Shown: piece by piece, positions 1 to 10,339 of the stretch
Layout of the letters: each line of letters starts with the position of its first letter
Numbering within the stretch: the stretch's first letter is position 1
Origin: a virus
Reading direction: 5' to 3' (one strand)
DNA: 64,000 bases
Virus record (IMG/VR): IMGVR_UViG_3300045988_108162
Location: 12,467-76,466 of that record
Made by a program: the position numbers and the translations under genes
The notes under the pieces: generated by a model
Databases searched by the model: none
What the model saw: only the letters and a program-made list of their open reading frames with translations
Told to the model about the DNA's origin: nothing

Positions 1-1
1 T

Positions 2-3000
2 CGATCTAATGTTGCTAATGCTGTGTTTAAGGGGTTGGATGCAGAGGATATAGCAATGGAAGCATCAAATGATATTGCTGATTATGTAAATGACAATAAT
101 TTGTTTGATGATATAAATACGTTTTATTCATTATCAAGTCAAGCTTTTGATACAGCTAATCAGTTAAGGGAATTGCGTAATGAGATCAATGATCTGAATG
201 CTGAAATAGAGAGGTTGGCTACAACTCCGAGAAGAGTAGAGGACGGTAATGATACCGAAGCAGAGGCTATAAAACAAAAAACTATTAAATACGATAATCT
301 TAATAAGGAATATAGAAGGTTGTCAGAAGATCTTCTTAGTAGTTATAAAGAAGTATTTTATTCTTTTGATCCTGGAGTATCAGCTCTTGAGTTGTTTAAA
401 TCCGAAACGATAACTGCTGAAGATATATTAAAAGCTTATGATTCTGTTGCTTCTTTAAGCACTTATATCGAGAACAATAAGGGGAAGAAAGAAGCAGAGG
501 ATTTAAGAAAGATGGTGGTAAAATACCAGCAAGCTATTACCCAATATAAGGTTCTACGGTCATTCATGAACTCCATGCAGGATAAGAAATTTATGAGACA
601 CGATTTTTCTTTATTCTCTAAGTTCTTAAATGATATGGTATCTTCTAATACTGAATCTATAGAAAGTGATCGTTTTTATCAGACAGAGGGTAATAATGTC
701 AGTTTGGATGAAAAAATAAATGAACTCCTGAACAATGGTGAAATAGATTCAGATGAGGCATTTACAATGAAAGTATTTGGTCATTTAAATGATGGTATAA
801 CTCAGAAACCGAAAGAGGATATATTGTCTGATTTTGATTATGAGTTGGCTATGGAAGATCTTTTGTCTGCACCTATAGAGGTTAAAGAACGTATAGTAGA
901 CAAGATATATACAGGTAATCAAGATCTTTTATCTCCAAGAGAGAAGGAGATATATGATAAATACAAGCAGGATATTGATGATTACATATCATTTCTTGGA
1001 GACAGTCCGGCTAAGATGATAAAAGATTTATCAGATAAAGTTAGGAGACTTACTGAGCCTCGATCTGTGTATGAGGATAATAAAGCTATTATTGATATGG
1101 CTAAATCCAATTTGGAACCAGATCAAAGGAAGGAACTTGATGATGCTATTTCTTTGTATGTTGATATAATGAACAGACGAGATAAAGGGGAGAAAGTTGA
1201 CGAAGATAAGCTTGCCGATTCGGTATTTACCATAGAAGATCTTGGCCAGGTTGGAAACATCACGGATCTCCTTCCTTATATCGAACAGAACAGGATTATT
1301 GATAAAGGTCGTATTTCCGAATCTACGTTAAGTAATTTTGGGGAGGATGATGCTAATATAGATTCTCTTGTAAATGAATTAGACGAATCTGATAATACGC
1401 CGGGAGCCAATATAGATAGCGCCCAGAATCCAGAGACGTTGATGGTAAGAAGAATCTCCAACGACGGCAATGAAAGGTATGAAATTGCCGGTCTTAGAGC
1501 CGATAAATTTATATCTTCTATAAAATCATTGGTTCCTATTCAAATAAGCTCTGAAACGAACGCTAATGGCACTAAAAGGTATTCTCTTAACATAGGTGGG
1601 GAAACGGCTACTATAATTAAACTTCCTTATCATGCGAGATGGTCTATAGACAAAGAATCGGCTCGTGTTCTTAATCGCTACACAGATGTGTCTATTCAGG
1701 ACGTGGGTAATTCCTATTCTTTGGTTTATAAGCGTCTTGATTCAGATGAGTTGGTTCCGTACAGAACGGGTGTCGGATTCGGAGATAATGAGGTAGATAA
1801 AATAGATCAGGAAGCATTATCTTCTTTGAAAAAAGGAGATAAGGTTAATCTCGAAATAGATGTAAATGATACCTATAATCAGTCTCTTTTTGCCGAATAC
1901 AATGATGCTGTTCAGTCCGGCGATAAAAAAAGAATAGAATCTGCTGAGAATAAACTGGTGTCCAATATGGTTATCAAGGTCATGAGTGGAAACAGATTCG
2001 TTTCTGTTGTAAAAGCTGACACAGGAGGCATAGATGGTATAAGTAAGATAAGAAGAACGGCTTTTAACAAGTGGAAGAAGGACGCCGGCCGGTCGGCTAC
2101 CATCGGCGTCGGCACGCATGTTGTTGCCCAGACCCTTCCCGGAAGACCGGTGTTTAACATGAAGGTGAACGGTCAAGGATATGGCCAGGTAGAAAATCTC
2201 CCTATTACCGAAAAAGGTGCTGAAAAAGTATCTGATGTCGGATATGTATTAAATGGCAAAGTCGTGCTTAAGAACGGATCTAAATACACAGGCTTCCCAT
2301 TTGCTTATTCTATATTAAATGACAAGGGGAATAATTACAAAAATGTAAGAGTTCCGGTAGTTGTCATCAAAGGTAAAAACGGTCTTAATTATCTTTTCCC
2401 AGTTAGCCTGCGTTCTGTGGAATCAGAGGAAGGGCGGAAATGGATGTCTTTTATAGATATGCTGCTTGAATCCGGTGATTCTGAATTGCTACAGATGGGT
2501 CAAGATGATATACAAGATCTTAATGCGTATCTAACCAAGTTAGGCCTTGATCCGGCTTCGTATCAAGTATCGTATTTGAATCCTATTTCAGGGCTTAGAA
2601 AAGCTCGTGAGGCTATAGAAAAATTATCTACGGTTCCTGATGTTGTTAAATGGGTAGAAGATGAAAGCAGGAATGTGAAAGACATTGTGACGTCTGAAGT
2701 AGAATCTGGAATAGATTTCGAAGGTGAGATGTTTGTCGCTCCTAAGATCAGGATTCAGTTTGGTAAATCATCTTCCAGACCTAAATCACTTATAGAGGAT
2801 GATCTTCCTTTCTCTGATGAGGGTAAGACCGTTACTTCTAAAGAATACGTGGATGTTTATGAAGAGGAAATGCCAGAGGAAGGGGCTGCCCGGGAGACTC
2901 AGACGGCGCCATTAGCTCAGCCGGCTCCTGCGGCACAAGCTGCGCAGTCTTTACCTGGCAAGAAGCGTACCTCCAGGAAAAACTTCTCTCTTATGTTAAA

Positions 3001-4591
3001 CGAAATAGAATCTCATATAGAAAAAGAAGGATTGCCGTCTTATGCTAATATTTTTGATTTTATAGCAAGGAAGATTGTAGGAGGTGATTTGAGGTTTCTT
3101 CGTGAGAGAGGTAATCCTAAAAGCCTTAAGGAAGAAATGGGATTAGAACCTAAAGGAACAGTAGGTGATAAAATATCCACTCCTTCCAGTAAAGGTGGTA
3201 AGACTTTAGAAGAATATGTTTCTTGGCTTCGTTCTCAAACAGATCAGGTGGTGGTTGATTATGTTGGGCCAAGATCTGACGAACAAATTATATCAGAGTT
3301 GAAAAACTTTTTGAAATATATTAATTTTGTTCCAAGCAAGGCTTTGAATTATTCTCTTAGAGTCAATGGCATGGATACCCTAAAAGAATATGGCACAAAA
3401 GAGGAAGTAGAAAAAATGGAATCTGATATCAATAGTTTGGTTTCTAAAGTTTTGCCTACGGTGGATAATAAAACTGTAGAAGATGTTTCTACTGCAATAA
3501 AATCAAACAACTTGCCTGCCATATGGGAGCCCGTGGAAAGCCTTGATATGACAAACGAGGAAAAAATAGAGTTTTTGAATAACGTAGCAGATTTCCTTAG
3601 CGGCATACCAGAGTATGATGCTGTCGTGGAGTCTATAGAGTCAGAATCAGATAATATTTTAAATGATGGAAAAGAAGGAAGTGCAGAAGGCGGTGCAGTA
3701 CGCACTGAGGAAGATGGCGATAAAAAGGGAGATGGAGAAGGCAAAGGACAATCCAGAACAAATGTCGAAGTTGAAAGAAATGTCGAATTACCTGGATCTG
3801 AAGAAGGAAGAGTAGATAACTATAGGAAGAACGGAGATAAGTTCTCTGACATTGCTGAAGTTACTTTATGGCTACTTAGAAGGGCTGCCGGCATAACCTC
3901 TATCCCGGAAGGAGAAGAGGTTTATGTAGAGGGAGATGAGGTTAATAGTATTATGACCGATATGGAATCAAGGTATGGTATAGACACCATCAATCACTCG
4001 CATACGACTAAGGCTATAAGGGACCTTAACGGCGTATCAGGTTATAAAGTAGAATACGGCTTAACCTTTTTGACATACGATCCTTTTATTAGAATATCCA
4101 ATCTAAGGAAAGGATCTAAGGCTGCGAAAGACGAACCTCGTATATCCGAAGAGTCGCTTACTCACATATCAAGGGTGACAACCCCTTATTTCCTGTACGG
4201 CGGTGACGAAGCATATACATCTGTTCCGGCTAAAGTAGAACCTATACCGGAGAAGATAATGGGTCGTAATGGTATTAAATTTGGTATGAGTGTAGTCGAG
4301 CTAACCAAATTAGGGTACAAAAAAGCTGGTGGAAACTGGATATATAAATTATATATGAACTCAGGTGTGTATGATTTGTATAATATCAGTACCGGTGAAG
4401 CGTTTAGGGCAAAACCGAATCTTGGAGTTAAGATAAGTTCCAGTGCATTCATCCGCTCTTTATCTCAATCTGGTAGAAAAATACAAAATATGATGAGTAA
4501 TATGAGCCAGGAAGAGATAGACAGGAATAAGAATCTCGTAGAAGGTTCTGATAATTCGGATTCGATAAATGAGTTAAATAAAGAGTGTTAA
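2..4591 (+). CDS. Giant virion-associated/structural-module protein, C-terminal 1522 aa; 5' end lies upstream of the window
   Basis: The frame is open from the first window base to TAA at 4589-4591, about 4.6 kb uninterrupted in AT-rich DNA. It has acidic/Lys-rich low-complexity stretches and an Ala/Pro-rich linker near 2880-2950. No catalytic motif recognised, so the function is an inference from size and context. Confidence 0.7.
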   Translation, partial: RSNVANAVFKGLDAEDIAMEASNDIADYVNDNNLFDDINTFYSLSSQAFDTANQLRELRNEINDLNAEIERLATTPRRVEDGNDTEAEAIKQKTIKYDNLNKEYRRLSEDLLSSYKEVFYSFDPGVSALELFKSETITAEDILKAYDSVASLSTYIENNKGKKEAEDLRKMVVKYQQAITQYKVLRSFMNSMQDKKFMRHDFSLFSKFLNDMVSSNTESIESDRFYQTEGNNVSLDEKINELLNNGEIDSDEAFTMKVFGHLNDGITQKPKEDILSDFDYELAMEDLLSAPIEVKERIVDKIYTGNQDLLSPREKEIYDKYKQDIDDYISFLGDSPAKMIKDLSDKVRRLTEPRSVYEDNKAIIDMAKSNLEPDQRKELDDAISLYVDIMNRRDKGEKVDEDKLADSVFTIEDLGQVGNITDLLPYIEQNRIIDKGRISESTLSNFGEDDANIDSLVNELDESDNTPGANIDSAQNPETLMVRRISNDGNERYEIAGLRADKFISSIKSLVPIQISSETNANGTKRYSLNIGGETATIIKLPYHARWSIDKESARVLNRYTDVSIQDVGNSYSLVYKRLDSDELVPYRTGVGFGDNEVDKIDQEALSSLKKGDKVNLEIDVNDTYNQSLFAEYNDAVQSGDKKRIESAENKLVSNMVIKVMSGNRFVSVVKADTGGIDGISKIRRTAFNKWKKDAGRSATIGVGTHVVAQTLPGRPVFNMKVNGQGYGQVENLPITEKGAEKVSDVGYVLNGKVVLKNGSKYTGFPFAYSILNDKGNNYKNVRVPVVVIKGKNGLNYLFPVSLRSVESEEGRKWMSFIDMLLESGDSELLQMGQDDIQDLNAYLTKLGLDPASYQVSYLNPISGLRKAREAIEKLSTVPDVVKWVEDESRNVKDIVTSEVESGIDFEGEMFVAPKIRIQFGKSSSRPKSLIEDDLPFSDEGKTVTSKEYVDVYEEEMPEEGAARETQTAPLAQPAPAAQAAQSLPGKKRTSRKNFSLMLNEIESHIEKEGLPSYANIFDFIARKIVGGDLRFLRERGNPKSLKEEMGLEPKGTVGDKISTPSSKGGKTLEEYVSWLRSQTDQVVVDYVGPRSDEQIISELKNFLKYINFVPSKALNYSLRVNGMDTLKEYGTKEEVEKMESDINSLVSKVLPTVDNKTVEDVSTAIKSNNLPAIWEPVESLDMTNEEKIEFLNNVADFLSGIPEYDAVVESIESESDNILNDGKEGSAEGGAVRTEEDGDKKGDGEGKGQSRTNVEVERNVELPGSEEGRVDNYRKNGDKFSDIAEVTLWLLRRAAGITSIPEGEEVYVEGDEVNSIMTDMESRYGIDTINHSHTTKAIRDLNGVSGYKVEYGLTFLTYDPFIRISNLRKGSKAAKDEPRISEESLTHISRVTTPYFLYGGDEAYTSVPAKVEPIPEKIMGRNGIKFGMSVVELTKLGYKKAGGNWIYKLYMNSGVYDLYNISTGEAFRAKPNLGVKISSSAFIRSLSQSGRKIQNMMSNMSQEEIDRNKNLVEGSDNSDSINELNKEC

Positions 4592-4593
4592 GT

Positions 4594-5124
4594 ATGAGAA
4601 GGAGATTTTTTAATGCTGCGGATAATTTTGTGGGAGGATGTTATAATAAGTTATCCAATGAAGATATAAAAAGGCTTGGAGGAAAAAGACCTTATGTATG
4701 TCAGTTTAATAAAATTCATATACATATAGGGCCTGTATTAAAAGATCATGATTCCGATGTCAGTGATATAGTGTTTAATAGTGACTGGAATTATGGTAAT
4801 TATGAATCTACGGTTTATCATCATAGCAATAATGGTATTTTTATATTAGGTGGAAATAAAATTGGTAATATAGAAGACCATATGCAAGATCTAACATATT
4901 GGTACGAATATGATCCGAGTCTTAATGAAAATTATTGTTATTATTATTATGAAGCTGATAATAGTGGAAATGCTATTAAGTTGAATGGTGAGTTTAGTGA
5001 TGTTAGCACTGTTTTTAACATTCCCAGTTTGAAGGTTACCACTCTTCGTGATGGCAGTTTGAGTTTTTCAGAGATTTATATAGAAGGAGTTTGGGATCCG
5101 TCATTGTATAAGTCGATTTTATAG
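4594..5124 (+). CDS. MRRR-leader family protein A (N/Y/G-rich small protein; possible host-recognition or virion accessory protein)
   Basis: ATG at 4594 starts MRRRFF; the ORF track begins at an in-frame GTG at 4585. It lies 3 nt after the giant ORF's stop and sits inside the 47-bp repeat at 4560-4606. Confidence 0.6.
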   Translation: MRRRFFNAADNFVGGCYNKLSNEDIKRLGGKRPYVCQFNKIHIHIGPVLKDHDSDVSDIVFNSDWNYGNYESTVYHHSNNGIFILGGNKIGNIEDHMQDLTYWYEYDPSLNENYCYYYYEADNSGNAIKLNGEFSDVSTVFNIPSLKVTTLRDGSLSFSEIYIEGVWDPSLYKSIL

Positions 5125-5209
5125 TTAATTTTGAAAAAAGTTAATTATTATGGGTGTCAAATGTCAGATAGAAAAATTCGATAAATGAGTTAAATAAGGA
5201 GTGTTGAGT

Positions 5210-5788
5210 ATGAGAAGGAGATACGAAGATGTTTCAAGTTTTGTTCAGTATCAGTTGAAGACCAATCAGCAGGGGAATATAGAGGTTTATGTTGATGACA
5301 GGTTTGTTGGAAACGTAAGTGAAGGAGTCTGTAATTGGAAGGATATTGAATACAAGAGTAAGGTTACTATATCTTTGAAAGGAGTCGAGGATAAGGCTAA
5401 AACTTCAAGTAAAAGAGTCGGTCCTTATTGTCACATTTATAGCATATTTGGAGGAAATGAATCTTATCATGCAGGTCCGGATAGTAATATAAAAAAGAGT
5501 CCGGTTACCACCTTTATAATGTATTGTTATAAAAATGGGGATATTACAATTACCACTACTTATACTAAAAATTTATCTGGAACTCTTCAGATAGGTAAAA
5601 CACAATTGACTATCAATTACAAACAAAGTAAAAGTCAGTCTTTCTCCGGTGGTTCTGGAGATTATGTAACATCCGTATCTGATTTCCATTTTGTTACTGG
5701 TCCAGGAAATGATAGCGTTGAGTTCGAAGGAGAGGGAAGATTGATAGTTGAGACAGAGGCTTCGCATTATGAAATAGAAGTTTCATAA
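5210..5788 (+). CDS. MRRR-leader family protein B (S/T/G/Y-rich; body unrelated to A)
   Basis: ATG at 5210 starts MRRRYEDV. The second 47-bp repeat copy (5176-5222) precedes it and carries an AAGGAG ribosome-binding site created by an A-to-G change. Confidence 0.6.
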   Translation: MRRRYEDVSSFVQYQLKTNQQGNIEVYVDDRFVGNVSEGVCNWKDIEYKSKVTISLKGVEDKAKTSSKRVGPYCHIYSIFGGNESYHAGPDSNIKKSPVTTFIMYCYKNGDITITTTYTKNLSGTLQIGKTQLTINYKQSKSQSFSGGSGDYVTSVSDFHFVTGPGNDSVEFEGEGRLIVETEASHYEIEVS

Positions 5789-5803
5789 TTTCTATTTTTA
5801 TAC

Positions 5804-5811
5804 TATCTTTG
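5804..5811 (+). promoter_or_regulatory. Bacteroidota-type -7 promoter box TAnnTTTG (TATCTTTG) 19 nt upstream of the ATG at 5830
   Basis: TATCTTTGTCT here shares the core CTTTGTCT with the box upstream of the 2148-aa gene (16147-16154). Confidence 0.35.
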
Positions 5812-5829
5812 TCTAAAATATTTATCACT

Positions 5830-8088
5830 ATGGGTGTCAAATGTCAGATAGAAAAAAAGGAAAATGAAATAAAACGGGTTAAGGCTCCTAACGGGGAGCC
5901 TTCCGTTCTTTACGAAAGTGCTTTAAAAGTATTAGGAAACAGCGAGCGGGCCCTTCAGGTATGGGCTAAGGCTTACACTCCTGGTTTTTTGTCGTATTAC
6001 GGTCATTGGAATAACCCGGCTCCAGGGGAGATGTTTAACACCGATCCCAATGGCGAACCTCTTTTAGAAGATGTGCTGTCGTATATGAAGCGTCAGACTT
6101 ATTTTGCTGATCCTTTAACGGCTCAGGATGTTAAGGATGTAAGGGATTTCCTTTTGTCTACTCATTATTTTTTCAATGCGTCTTCATTGTCTAATGCTAT
6201 TCTCTTCGATTTTTATGTAGATGGCAGTTTGATACTGAATGAGCAGAAATTAAGGAGATCCGGTTTGTATGATGAAACAGAAATAAGTCGTATTTTATCC
6301 GATCCTTCTGTTTTAAACGAGGTTTCGACTTCCATGAGAAAGTTAATAGATTCTTCTATTAACGAACATGATAGGGAAAAAGATAATTATTTTATGTCTA
6401 TTGACTATCAGTATGGTCCTATTGTTTACAAGGAGGGAGTGTTTAACCAATTTGGTAAAAAAGTACCATATAATCCTTCTGAGCTTTATTATGCTATGCG
6501 TAAAACAGTAGCCGGCATAAAAAACTTTTCTGAATTTTCATCTGCTTTTGAATCGTTGAGAAATTCATATCCTGAACTGGTTGAGAAATTCGTTTCTGAT
6601 AAAGAATTTGCCGAATCTATGTTTGATGAGTTCTCATCTACGAATAAGATTCCGGTAATAAACATAGAAGGGGATGATGTGGTGGAAGGCAAGAGAAGAT
6701 CTTTGTCTAAGCTACAAGATCTTTCTTATTACAATTCCGGCAAAATAGAGTTCCTAAGAGCTCGTATATCAGCTTATTTACATAGGGCTAATGCCGACAC
6801 CGAATCCGATTTAAGAAGCATGATATGGGATATAGAAGAGGCTTGTACGTGGTTTGGCATAGATATAATAGGGACATCGGAAACTTATGATGGCACAGAA
6901 GAATCTTTGAATAAGATAGATAATTTGATGCTGGATCTTGATATTTATGTGGCCAGGCATAATGATGTAAATTATGCTCCAACGCTGGCATCTTCTATAG
7001 ATGATGTTCTTGGTGATAGTACAGACTATTATTTTGGATTATTGCCGGAGTATATGGATAATTTGAATATCGTTTATTCTGAATCCGATATAGACCCAGT
7101 AGAGGCATTTGAGAAACATTCATTGCTTAAGGTAGGAGATAATCTATATCAAAGGATTAGCAAAGATGATCTTAACGAGATGTATCAAATATCAACAGTA
7201 TTAGCCAAGCACAACCTAACTCATTTTTCTACTAAAATATATCCTGAATCTTGTTTTAAGAACGGCGTTTTGGATAAAGAGAAAGTACGGAACGTAGATG
7301 ATAATACGCTCATGGCTTCCATTAAAAAATACGTCAGATCGTTCATGGATTCTCAGAACACAGAGGACATGATAATGACCAGGATGGCGTTTGGGCACCC
7401 TGCGGTACTTGACGTTCCTTACGTGGATGTGGATCGGGAGTATAGTCGATACATGAACAAAAAACAAGATAGCGAAAACCCATTATCCTTATTCGATTTA
7501 TACCAATCTTACCTTGACAACAAACTCCATAAAACAAAATTATATGATAATGCCTATAAGTATCTTGACTTCAAACCTGGTCCATCTTTGGGTCTTATTT
7601 CTGATGATCCTGATATTTTGAAATCAATAGAATTATCTTTATCTGGAAAAGACAGGTTGATGTTGTTTGATTATAGCATGACCAGTACCGACCCTTCTTT
7701 ATCAGAATTGTTTTATTTGGAGAGGTATGACCCTTCGTATGCTGGGAATGATTTTGAACACTATTTTTACACCAGGCACCCGTATTTGTTAAAAGAAAAA
7801 TCGGGTTCTAATATCGTAGAGCAAGATGGTGTTATAACAGCAGAAGGTATTTATGATAATTTTATAAGAGTAGGTAATAAGATATGGTCTAAAGTAAGCG
7901 AGAGTAGTTCCGGCTCTATCTACCAAAATCTGACAGGAACCGAATCGGAGGTGAAATACGATTCTACTCAGAAGGCTAAGACGGTAGAAACTGATTACGC
8001 TCCATACCAAAACAGATCTGGCTTGACGCAAGACATGACCGTAAGCAAGTCTGAATTGGATGATCTTAACAAATTGGAATGCAGGTAA
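5830..8088 (+). CDS. Hypothetical large protein (752 aa), structural-module context
   Basis: A 2.26-kb ORF. ATG at 5830 (MGVKCQIEK) is preferred over the track's TTG at 5809, which lies inside the promoter box. It begins with the 28-bp repeat 5829-5856. Confidence 0.65.
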   Translation: MGVKCQIEKKENEIKRVKAPNGEPSVLYESALKVLGNSERALQVWAKAYTPGFLSYYGHWNNPAPGEMFNTDPNGEPLLEDVLSYMKRQTYFADPLTAQDVKDVRDFLLSTHYFFNASSLSNAILFDFYVDGSLILNEQKLRRSGLYDETEISRILSDPSVLNEVSTSMRKLIDSSINEHDREKDNYFMSIDYQYGPIVYKEGVFNQFGKKVPYNPSELYYAMRKTVAGIKNFSEFSSAFESLRNSYPELVEKFVSDKEFAESMFDEFSSTNKIPVINIEGDDVVEGKRRSLSKLQDLSYYNSGKIEFLRARISAYLHRANADTESDLRSMIWDIEEACTWFGIDIIGTSETYDGTEESLNKIDNLMLDLDIYVARHNDVNYAPTLASSIDDVLGDSTDYYFGLLPEYMDNLNIVYSESDIDPVEAFEKHSLLKVGDNLYQRISKDDLNEMYQISTVLAKHNLTHFSTKIYPESCFKNGVLDKEKVRNVDDNTLMASIKKYVRSFMDSQNTEDMIMTRMAFGHPAVLDVPYVDVDREYSRYMNKKQDSENPLSLFDLYQSYLDNKLHKTKLYDNAYKYLDFKPGPSLGLISDDPDILKSIELSLSGKDRLMLFDYSMTSTDPSLSELFYLERYDPSYAGNDFEHYFYTRHPYLLKEKSGSNIVEQDGVITAEGIYDNFIRVGNKIWSKVSESSSGSIYQNLTGTESEVKYDSTQKAKTVETDYAPYQNRSGLTQDMTVSKSELDDLNKLECR

Positions 8089-8094
8089 TTTTTG

Positions 8095-8108
8095 TATATA
8101 TATATATA
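8095..8108. repeat. (TA)7 dinucleotide microsatellite just after the 5830-8088 stop
   Basis: Sequence tatatatatatata. Confidence 0.8.
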
Positions 8109-8131
8109 GTTTTTTCATAGTTATAATTTGG

Positions 8132-8161
8132 GAAGTGAGGCTTGTGAAAGTCTCACTTTTC
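8132..8161 (+). terminator. Probable intrinsic terminator
   Basis: Hairpin gaagtgag / ctcactt (7-8 bp stem, 12-nt loop) followed by tttcttatat. Confidence 0.45.
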
Positions 8162-8844
8162 TTATATATGCACGTATATCAATAACATACAAGAAAAGTT
8201 AGATTTTCATTGTTTATGAATTATTTTTGTTAAGTTTGCAATATTAGTTTCAGGAAGGGATTATGGAAATAAGGAAAAAGTAAGAACCGAACGTAACTAA
8301 TAACAGTAGGAAATGAGAATCAGTACCATCAAACGTAACAACAGCATTCATCTTATGTATAAAAACATTATGAATGATTTAGGTCAATTAAGAACTGTAG
8401 TTTCAAAATCCTATATTTATAATCTGATACAAAATCAAACCGGATTAAGTATCAGAACTATATCCCATGTACTTAACCATACCAAAGAACAGGATACGGA
8501 TTCTTTGTGAAAAGCATGTATTTTCATACATTTGTTCGTTCTTTAGTTTTAGTAGGGAAAAGTTTTTCATGGTATTTTAGTTTAGATTAGTTGAGGCAGG
8601 ATTCGCAGTGATGCGGATCCTGTTTTGATTTACAGCGCTTTACCCAAAAAAGGAAAAGCGAAAGTTGCTGATTATCAATTTTTACCCATAAATGGGGAAA
8701 ACTACTCGTTGTATATTATATTTCCGTTTTTACTGAAATCCTTCCATTTTATCGGAAACAAACTCAGCCTTGTTCCACCCTGCAATCATGATCTTTGTTA
8801 CGTGCTTCATGCACGTATGTTTAACAATTAAATACTATAAAATT

Positions 8845-9852
8845 ATGGGTGGTGATAAAATCGTCCTTTTAGATGGAGCCGGGGCTAACGGTGGTGGTGC
8901 AGCCACTAACGGTCTTCTTTCAATGATTCCCGGCATGTTTGCTAATTTGATAGGTGGTAATAAAATGGATCCGAATCTGGTGGCGGCTTTGATGAACGGT
9001 CGTAACAACCAGGACGGTTTCGGTGGGGCTAACGGTTGGTGGCTCTGGATAATTGTTTTGTTCTGGCTGTGGGGTGGACGCGGCTTCGGTAACGGTTTTG
9101 GAAATGGCGGTGATTGTTGTGCCAATGGTTTGCCGGCTCAGTTGAATAACGATTACGGTCGTGAACTTTTGATGCAGGCAATTCAAGGTAATCGTAGCGC
9201 CATAGATCAGATTGCTTCTGCTTTGAACTGTTCTACTACTCAACTTCAGAACGCTATCTGCAACGTACAGGGTGCTATTGATAAAGTAGCTGGTCAGGTA
9301 GGTATGACTTCTCAGGCTGTTATCAACGCAGTTCAACAACAAGGTTGTGAAATAGGAAATCAAATCAGCTCTTGCTGCTGCAATCTGAGTTCGTTGATCA
9401 ATCAAAGCACTTGCCAGACTCAGGGAATGATTACTCAGCAAGGTTTTGATAACCAGCTTCGCACGTTGGAACAAACCAATATCTTGCAGAACGGTCTCAA
9501 CCAAGGTCTGGCTAACAATCGTGAGCAAGCTACAAGCCAATTCAATATCTTGTCTGCGAAACTTGACGCCCAAACCGTTATGATCAACGACAAATTCTGT
9601 CAGTTGGAAATGAGGGAGATGCAGAACACTATTGCTCAACTTCGTGAAGAAAAAGCGGCTTTGACAGCTTCGGCATTATCTCAGCAACAAACCCAGAATA
9701 TCGTTGGTCAATTACGCCCGACGGCCGTCCCGGCCTACCCCTCTTGTTCTCCTTACCAGGCTTATACTTGGGGACAGGTATTCGGAGGAGGTTGCTGTAA
9801 TAACGGATGCGGATGTAACAACGGATGTTGCAATAACAACGCTGCTGTCTGA
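8845..9852 (+). CDS. Gly/Gln/Cys-rich membrane protein (one W-rich TM segment, Q-rich coiled-coil, C-terminal CCNNGCGCNNGCCNN tail)
   Basis: Starts at ATG 8845 (MGGDKIVLL); the track starts upstream at 8770. It contains the TM segment WWLWIIVLFWLWGG. The composition is unusual, with Cys doublets and triplets. Confidence 0.6.
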   Translation: MGGDKIVLLDGAGANGGGAATNGLLSMIPGMFANLIGGNKMDPNLVAALMNGRNNQDGFGGANGWWLWIIVLFWLWGGRGFGNGFGNGGDCCANGLPAQLNNDYGRELLMQAIQGNRSAIDQIASALNCSTTQLQNAICNVQGAIDKVAGQVGMTSQAVINAVQQQGCEIGNQISSCCCNLSSLINQSTCQTQGMITQQGFDNQLRTLEQTNILQNGLNQGLANNREQATSQFNILSAKLDAQTVMINDKFCQLEMREMQNTIAQLREEKAALTASALSQQQTQNIVGQLRPTAVPAYPSCSPYQAYTWGQVFGGGCCNNGCGCNNGCCNNNAAV

Positions 9853-9875
9853 TTTTATTAAGAAAGGAGGCTAAT

Positions 9876-10289
9876 ATGGCTTGTGTTTCTAAAATAGGAT
9901 CGTTGTATGAGATGGTTACGAAGAATGTTATTGTCAGTACGACAAATACAGTCTTCGGTATTAACCCACGGGCTTGGATCGCCCTTCCGTGTGAGGGTCT
10001 TATCCTTCTTAAGATAAGGCAAGTAGTCCCCACAGCCGGAAGTGCTCTACCGGTACAGATTGCGGTCCCGGCAAACAGCACAGTTTCAACAGTAGGAGCC
10101 GACACCTGTTGCCCGGTTACGGGAGTGAATGTCGTGAACCCTATTAACGTAGCTGTCACGGGTGCCGCTATGGTAAATGGCACAGAACGCCTTCTGTACT
10201 TCAATAAAGTTCGTGGCGTGTTAAGATTAATGGATTGCTGTGTTCCAGTAGCGGCAGCCCAGGCGTCTGAAGTTAAAGCAGGTAAATGA
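9876..10289 (+). CDS. Hypothetical protein with CC doublets
   Basis: Strong AGGAGG ribosome-binding site 8 nt upstream of the ATG. The 137-aa product contains CCPV and CCVP motifs. Confidence 0.6.
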   Translation: MACVSKIGSLYEMVTKNVIVSTTNTVFGINPRAWIALPCEGLILLKIRQVVPTAGSALPVQIAVPANSTVSTVGADTCCPVTGVNVVNPINVAVTGAAMVNGTERLLYFNKVRGVLRLMDCCVPVAAAQASEVKAGK

Positions 10290-10339
10290 TTTCAGTAGGG
10301 TGATGGAGATCATCACCCTATTTTCACCTAACTAATATT

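Noticed and set aside
5809-5829. The TTG start at 5809 for the 759-aa ORF
   Set aside because: That TTG lies inside the TATCTTTG -7 promoter box. ATG at 5830 coincides with the 28-bp repeat that also begins the stub ORF at 5149.
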